DNA of 64,000 bases from NCBI GenBank assembly GCA_965197525.1, contig OZ240211.1, positions 608,001 to 672,000 of the forward strand, given 5' to 3'. The position numbers and the translations under genes were made by a program. The notes under the pieces were generated by a model, which saw only the letters and a program-made list of their open reading frames with translations, made no database searches and had not been told where the DNA came from. Below, in pieces: positions 59,490-64,000 of this stretch. Position 1 is the first letter of the stretch. Each line of letters begins with the position of its first letter. Source of the stretch: Nitrosopumilus sp. GTDB taxonomy: Archaea > Thermoproteota > Nitrososphaeria > Nitrososphaerales > Nitrosopumilaceae.

Positions 59490-61410
59490 GACTTAGAATC
59501 TCCCTTTTGTTGGCCTTGTTTTGGACTATGTTTTTTAATGAATCATAAATTTCGGTGCTAGTCATTCCACGTCCCGTATATTTCAGGATATGGTAATCAA
59601 TCTCCCTAGATATGTTTTGATGGAATATCTTTCCAAACTGTCCAGAGTAGTTTGCCTCAATGTCAATTATTATCTGGGCGTCTTGGAGCAACGATTTGAC
59701 GGGTTCTGTAGGAAATGGATGAATTAGTTTTATCTGTAAAAAGCCAATGTCGTGTATGCCATCTCTCTTTAACATATTCAATGCATCAATTATGGGACCC
59801 TTAGTCGACCCCCAAGAGATTATCGTGTATTTCTGCACGCCAAAGGATACTACTTGTTGATCCAACGGGATCTGCCGAGTAACCAAGTCAAGTTTTGACA
59901 TTCTCTTCTCCATCATCTGCATGCGAATCTGAGGATCCTCAGATATGTGCCCGTACTCGTCTGACTCGTCGCCTGTGTTCCAGAAGACGCCATTATCAAG
60001 TCCCAGTCTAGAACGAGGAGAGATATTGTCATCTTCATCAAGTGCAAATCTCTTATAGTCGTCAGTAGTAGCAGCAGGTATCTCATCTAGTAGTTTGCCT
60101 CTGTTGATACTTACCTTTCCTGACTGGAATCTATTACATGTAAGAACAGAGGTAGCGAGGAATTTATCCATCATGTGAATTACAGGGATTTGATACATAT
60201 CAGAATAGTTAAAACAGTTTGCAGTGTCATAGAAACTCTCCTCAACATCTCCTGAGGCATAGACAATCTTTGCAAAGTCTCCACATCCTGCAAATACAGT
60301 AAACAGTAGATCGTCTTGTCCGTGCCTAGTTGGGAGACCAGTAGAGGGTCCACTTCGTTGGTACATTGTAATAACCAAAGGGACTTCATTGATTCCTGCC
60401 CACCCCAAGGCTTCAGTCATCAATGCAAATCCTGGACCGGATGTACAGGTAGATGAACGTGTTCCAGTTAACGCAGAACCAATCGTCATTCCAATAGCTG
60501 ATATCTCATCTTCAGTTTGTATTACAGCAGTACACCCCAATCTGTCATTGTGAACTTTGACTATCTCGTTGGCCTCAAGATAATTGCTCTCATCAGAGGC
60601 AGGAGTAATAGGATAAAACGGCTGAAATCTACAACCAGCAACAATCTTCCCAAGTGCCGTACCATAATAACCTTGAACAAGGATGGTATCTGACTGTTTT
60701 GTAGTTCCAGTCAGAGTATGATGACCAAACTCATCAAATGTGGTATCAGCATAGTTGTAAGAGAATGTTGCTGTCTGTTGATTAAGTGTTGCAATTTTAG
60801 GTTTTTTTGAGAATATACTAGCAATAGAGTCAAGAAGAGGCGGCATAGGTACTTTGACTAGCCCCAAAGACAGGGAAACACCAATAACGTTATACATTCT
60901 AACCAGATTGCGTAACCTTGGATTATCATATTGGGTTGCAAGATCAGATAGAATCTTCTTAAAGGATACAGGGTATAGTTTAATGCCTTTCTCTTGGGCA
61001 AGCTCCAAGACGCCCAAAATTGTAAACGGTTTATTCTTGGATTCTAGGTATCGGTGTAATCTCTCTTGGAACGGTGTATCAAGTGTATTGACACGTCCAG
61101 TATCTATTGATTCCAGATCAGAGTCATATATTATGGCACCGCCAGGCGCAACTTCGTTAAAATGTCTAAATATAGTTTCAGCATCAAATGATACCATAAG
61201 GTTTACATCATTCAGATTCGAGTGTACTGGTTCATCGGAGACTCTAACGATGAAATAACTATGTTCGCCTTTGATGTTTGAATAGAACTCTCTTTTACCA
61301 AATATTTGGTATCCTATATCAGCGCAGACCTTGGAGAAGATGTTTGCACCTGATTCAACGCCACTACCTTGTGGACCTCCTATCAGCCAAGAGAAATCAG
61401 TAGAACTCAT
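59479..61410 (-). CDS. 2-oxoacid:ferredoxin oxidoreductase alpha(+gamma) subunit
   Basis: GGPQGSG, YPITPAS, EDEISA, TSGPGF and [11 protein letters not shown]. Confidence 0.95.
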   Translation of the reverse strand: MSSTDFSWLIGGPQGSGVESGANIFSKVCADIGYQIFGKREFYSNIKGEHSYFIVRVSDEPVHSNLNDVNLMVSFDAETIFRHFNEVAPGGAIIYDSDLESIDTGRVNTLDTPFQERLHRYLESKNKPFTILGVLELAQEKGIKLYPVSFKKILSDLATQYDNPRLRNLVRMYNVIGVSLSLGLVKVPMPPLLDSIASIFSKKPKIATLNQQTATFSYNYADTTFDEFGHHTLTGTTKQSDTILVQGYYGTALGKIVAGCRFQPFYPITPASDESNYLEANEIVKVHNDRLGCTAVIQTEDEISAIGMTIGSALTGTRSSTCTSGPGFALMTEALGWAGINEVPLVITMYQRSGPSTGLPTRHGQDDLLFTVFAGCGDFAKIVYASGDVEESFYDTANCFNYSDMYQIPVIHMMDKFLATSVLTCNRFQSGKVSINRGKLLDEIPAATTDDYKRFALDEDDNISPRSRLGLDNGVFWNTGDESDEYGHISEDPQIRMQMMEKRMSKLDLVTRQIPLDQQVVSFGVQKYTIISWGSTKGPIIDALNMLKRDGIHDIGFLQIKLIHPFPTEPVKSLLQDAQIIIDIEANYSGQFGKIFHQNISREIDYHILKYTGRGMTSTEIYDSLKNIVQNKANKREILSHGA

Positions 61411-61459
61411 AGATATTCATTAACTCCGTATGATTTAACAGCATTACCAAACAATGAGA

Positions 61460-61633
61460 TCACCCACCAGTAGCTGCATCAAATAAGGCGCATTCGCATT
61501 TATCACGTTCGCCGCAGTAAGGACAGACGCATGCACACATCTCAAGAGAGTTTCTACATTCTACGCATAAAGCAAACTCTTCATCTTCACCCTCGTTTGG
61601 CGTTTCTTTGTTAATGCTAGTGTTTGACGACAT
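61460..61633 (-). CDS. 57-aa Cys-rich zinc-binding microprotein
   Basis: ...LCVECRNSLEMCACVCPYCGERDKCECALFDAATGG (8 Cys). ATG at 61633 is preferred. Confidence 0.7.
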   Translation of the reverse strand: MSSNTSINKETPNEGEDEEFALCVECRNSLEMCACVCPYCGERDKCECALFDAATGG

Positions 61634-61678
61634 TACAATATATAGAAATAGATCGTATAAATGGGTTAAGGTTGACAG

Positions 61679-62650
61679 GTGCAACATATGAAAAAGAAGA
61701 TTTTACTTACAAGAACCATACAAGATTTTGCGCTGAAAAGATTAAGACACAGATACCAAGTAGAGGTTCATTCAGGCAAGATTCCCATTCCAAAAAAAGT
61801 TTTACAGTCAAAGATAAGAGATGCAGAAGGACTGATCTGCTTTCCATACGATATGATCACAAGAGAGGTGATAGACAATGCAAAAGGGTTAAAGGTTATA
61901 AGCACATTCAGCGTCGGTTTTGATCACATAGACATACAATATGCCAAGGAAAAGAATATCCGCATAGGCTATACGCCAAATGTGTTAACAGATGCTACAG
62001 CTGATCTGGCATTTGCACTGTTGCTTGACATAGCAAAAAGAGTCTCAGAAGGAGACAGAATAGTCAGAGATAGGGGATGGACCAAAGTTTATGGACCAAC
62101 AGAACAACTAGGAGTAGACCTGCAAGATAAGACTATTGGCATTTTGGGGTTGGGAAGAATTGGTAGGATGTTAGCCAAGAGAGCAGTAGCATTTGATATG
62201 AAGGTAATATATCATAATACCAGACGTCTACCTGAATCCAAAGAAAAGTCACTGCATGCAAAGTATGTATCCTTTGAAAAACTGGTAAAAGACAGTGATT
62301 TTCTCTCAATTCACGTACCACATACTAGGCAAACCAATCAGTTAATTGACATGAAAGTTTTTGCAAAGATGAAGAGCACAGCATATCTAATCAATACTGC
62401 TAGAGGAAAGATTGTCAACGAAGAGGATTTAGTACAAGCCTTAAAGAAGAAGATTATTGCAGGGGCGGGGCTTGATGTGTTTGAAGAAGAGCCAATAAAC
62501 AAAATGAGCCCATTGGCAAGATTAGAGAATGCGGTATTGACACCACATATTGGGAGTGCCACAAATGAAACGAGGGCCAAGATGGCAGAACTTGCAATAA
62601 AAAACTTGAACCGAGGAATACAAGGCAAACGACCAGTTTTTTCAGTGTGA
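61679..62650 (+). CDS. D-2-hydroxyacid dehydrogenase (glyoxylate/hydroxypyruvate reductase-like)
   Basis: SVGFDHID, GLGRIG, LINTARG, AGLDVFEEEP and TPHIGSAT. Confidence 0.92.
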   Translation: MQHMKKKILLTRTIQDFALKRLRHRYQVEVHSGKIPIPKKVLQSKIRDAEGLICFPYDMITREVIDNAKGLKVISTFSVGFDHIDIQYAKEKNIRIGYTPNVLTDATADLAFALLLDIAKRVSEGDRIVRDRGWTKVYGPTEQLGVDLQDKTIGILGLGRIGRMLAKRAVAFDMKVIYHNTRRLPESKEKSLHAKYVSFEKLVKDSDFLSIHVPHTRQTNQLIDMKVFAKMKSTAYLINTARGKIVNEEDLVQALKKKIIAGAGLDVFEEEPINKMSPLARLENAVLTPHIGSATNETRAKMAELAIKNLNRGIQGKRPVFSV

Positions 62651-62889
62651 TGATATTCCAGACTAATAGAATAGCAAAAAATGTTCAGTTTTTATAACTA
62701 GAGTACAAGTGATATTATATTGAAAAAATTCAAGCATACTAATGAAGAATTAGAATTAGCTAAACTAGAAACTGAGAAATCAAAAAAGAAGAAGAAGAAG
62801 AGTGAAGAAACAAAAGATTCACAAAAGCAAGAACAGCAACAGACTCAAGACTAGGCAACCCTTGTCCTTGTCTTCAGACAAGGTTTTTT

Positions 62890-63354
62890 TTAAAACTTTA
62901 ATTCAGAGCCGTATCTATGTTGGAGTTCACGGTAGATTGCATCTCTTTGCAGAATTAGTTGTTTAGAATCGTCATACATCTTTGTAAAGAATGCTGCAAA
63001 AACACGATTGCCGCTTGCGTCAAAGAAACGTACAGAGTAACTGGTACGTTGTGGTTTCTGTTCTTGTATGAACTCAGCGGAGCGTATCAACTCTGAATTG
63101 ATGTGCATGTGTGCGGGTCCGTCATTGTTACCTATAGTTATCCATTTTTCTCTCTGTTTTATGGTATCAAGGAAATTACTTTTAATCTCACTAATTGCGT
63201 TGTTGGCTATGCTGCTGCTACTAGCATTACTGCCATTATTGTCGGTACTAGTACTAGTACTAGTAGTATCATTACTCACGTTTTGTACAATAAACAAGAT
63301 ATCATCAACCTTTACTAGGTCAGACAACAGTTGTAATAGCATGGACATGGTCAA
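62890..63354 (-). CDS. ChuX/HutX-like heme utilisation protein
   Basis: AISEI, HMHIN...I....F and SVRFFD..G...F..FF pattern, with a low-complexity insert. Confidence 0.6.
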   Translation of the reverse strand: MTMSMLLQLLSDLVKVDDILFIVQNVSNDTTSTSTSTDNNGSNASSSSIANNAISEIKSNFLDTIKQREKWITIGNNDGPAHMHINSELIRSAEFIQEQKPQRTSYSVRFFDASGNRVFAAFFTKMYDDSKQLILQRDAIYRELQHRYGSELKF

Positions 63355-63362
63355 AGTTAAAA

Positions 63363-63707
63363 TTATTGTAGTTTTTGGGAGCTGCCCAACTGTATGAGAT
63401 CGTTTACGTTACCATTATGATTAGCATCATCATCAACATCAACATGAATGCAGTCAGTACCCACAGCCTTCACAGGAGAAAAGCTGACTGTGCCGTCACG
63501 AATTTTTCCTTGTTTTTGTAAAATGCCAATCTTGCCTGATACAACGAGTTTGTGCCTCTTGCATGTTAGTCCAACCATAAATTCGTCTTGACTATTACCA
63601 CTACTACTGCTAGTAGCAGTACCGTCTGCAATAATTGATACAATAAATTCAGGAGGATCAACACATTGTCTTCCTTTCTCAGTTACAGAGCATTTGTCAG
63701 GGAGCAT
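63363..63707 (-). CDS. Hypothetical protein
   Basis: 114-aa ORF containing a poly-Ser insert. Confidence 0.65.
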   Translation of the reverse strand: MLPDKCSVTEKGRQCVDPPEFIVSIIADGTATSSSSGNSQDEFMVGLTCKRHKLVVSGKIGILQKQGKIRDGTVSFSPVKAVGTDCIHVDVDDDANHNGNVNDLIQLGSSQKLQ

Positions 63708-63877
63708 TCAAGGTGTAGTAATTTTTGTCAGTTATTAAGATTGATTCCAGATATTCACTAGTTTCATATTTAAAAAACAAGCAAAAAGACGTTATTGTAT
63801 CCTGATATATTCTTCAATCTCAAAAACAGAATGAGTACATTCAATTTATTACAAATAAAAATCAAGATTGAGAGCTG

Positions 63878-64000
63878 TTGAGACAAAATTTTGACGTGGC
63901 AATTATCGGAGGAGGCATACTGGGAACCAGTATATCGTATTTTCTATCACACATGATGAATTCAAAGGATATAGCAGTAATAGAACAAGCCCACAGTGTA
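63878..64000 (+). CDS. FAD-dependent oxidoreductase, 3'-truncated by the window edge
   Basis: MRQNFDVAIIGGGILGTSISYFL...IAVIE, a GxGxxG Rossmann motif. Confidence 0.8.
   Translation, partial: MRQNFDVAIIGGGILGTSISYFLSHMMNSKDIAVIEQAHSV

Noticed and set aside
1-64000. Genome-wide CUG-to-Ser recoding implied by the odd tRNA
   Set aside because: CTG codons checked fall at conserved Leu or hydrophobic positions in TnpB, the IS1595 transposase and RpoD.

Overview
64-kb window of an AT-rich archaeal chromosome. Gene content and protein style point to a Nitrosopumilaceae-type thaumarchaeote: SRP54, Pus10, eIF5A, EndA, an exosome superoperon, rpoD-L18e-L13-S9, two leuCD pairs, cofE, a 2-oxoacid:ferredoxin oxidoreductase and an SbtA/SbtB-like pair. 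A host-associated, eroding genome is suggested by several pseudogenes, IS relics and slippage-type low-complexity insertions, but this is inference. The most striking signal is a family of three tnpB-only elements (8698-10028, 27341-28672, 34464-35751) with 25-26-bp terminal inverted repeats starting GGTTCTGT. One copy is flanked by a perfect 8-bp target-site duplication, a DDE-transposase signature rather than an IS200/IS605/IS607 one. A fourth family-type end at 6180 bounds a region carrying an intact-looking IS1595-family transposase, an atypical CAG-anticodon class II tRNA (G73, A37), an AbrB-like gene and a HicB/HicA-like pair. The tnpB 3' ends show compensatory base changes consistent with an omega-RNA scaffold whose putative guide lies inside the element. 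Also present: an ISH3-family IS with a catalytic D-to-G change, an IS5-like relic, a separate tnpB relic, several Cys-rich microproteins missing from the ORF track, and a hairpin plus tandem repeat at the edge of an island in the exosome superoperon. No rRNA or CRISPR array was seen. All assignments come from reading motifs by eye; no database search was run.
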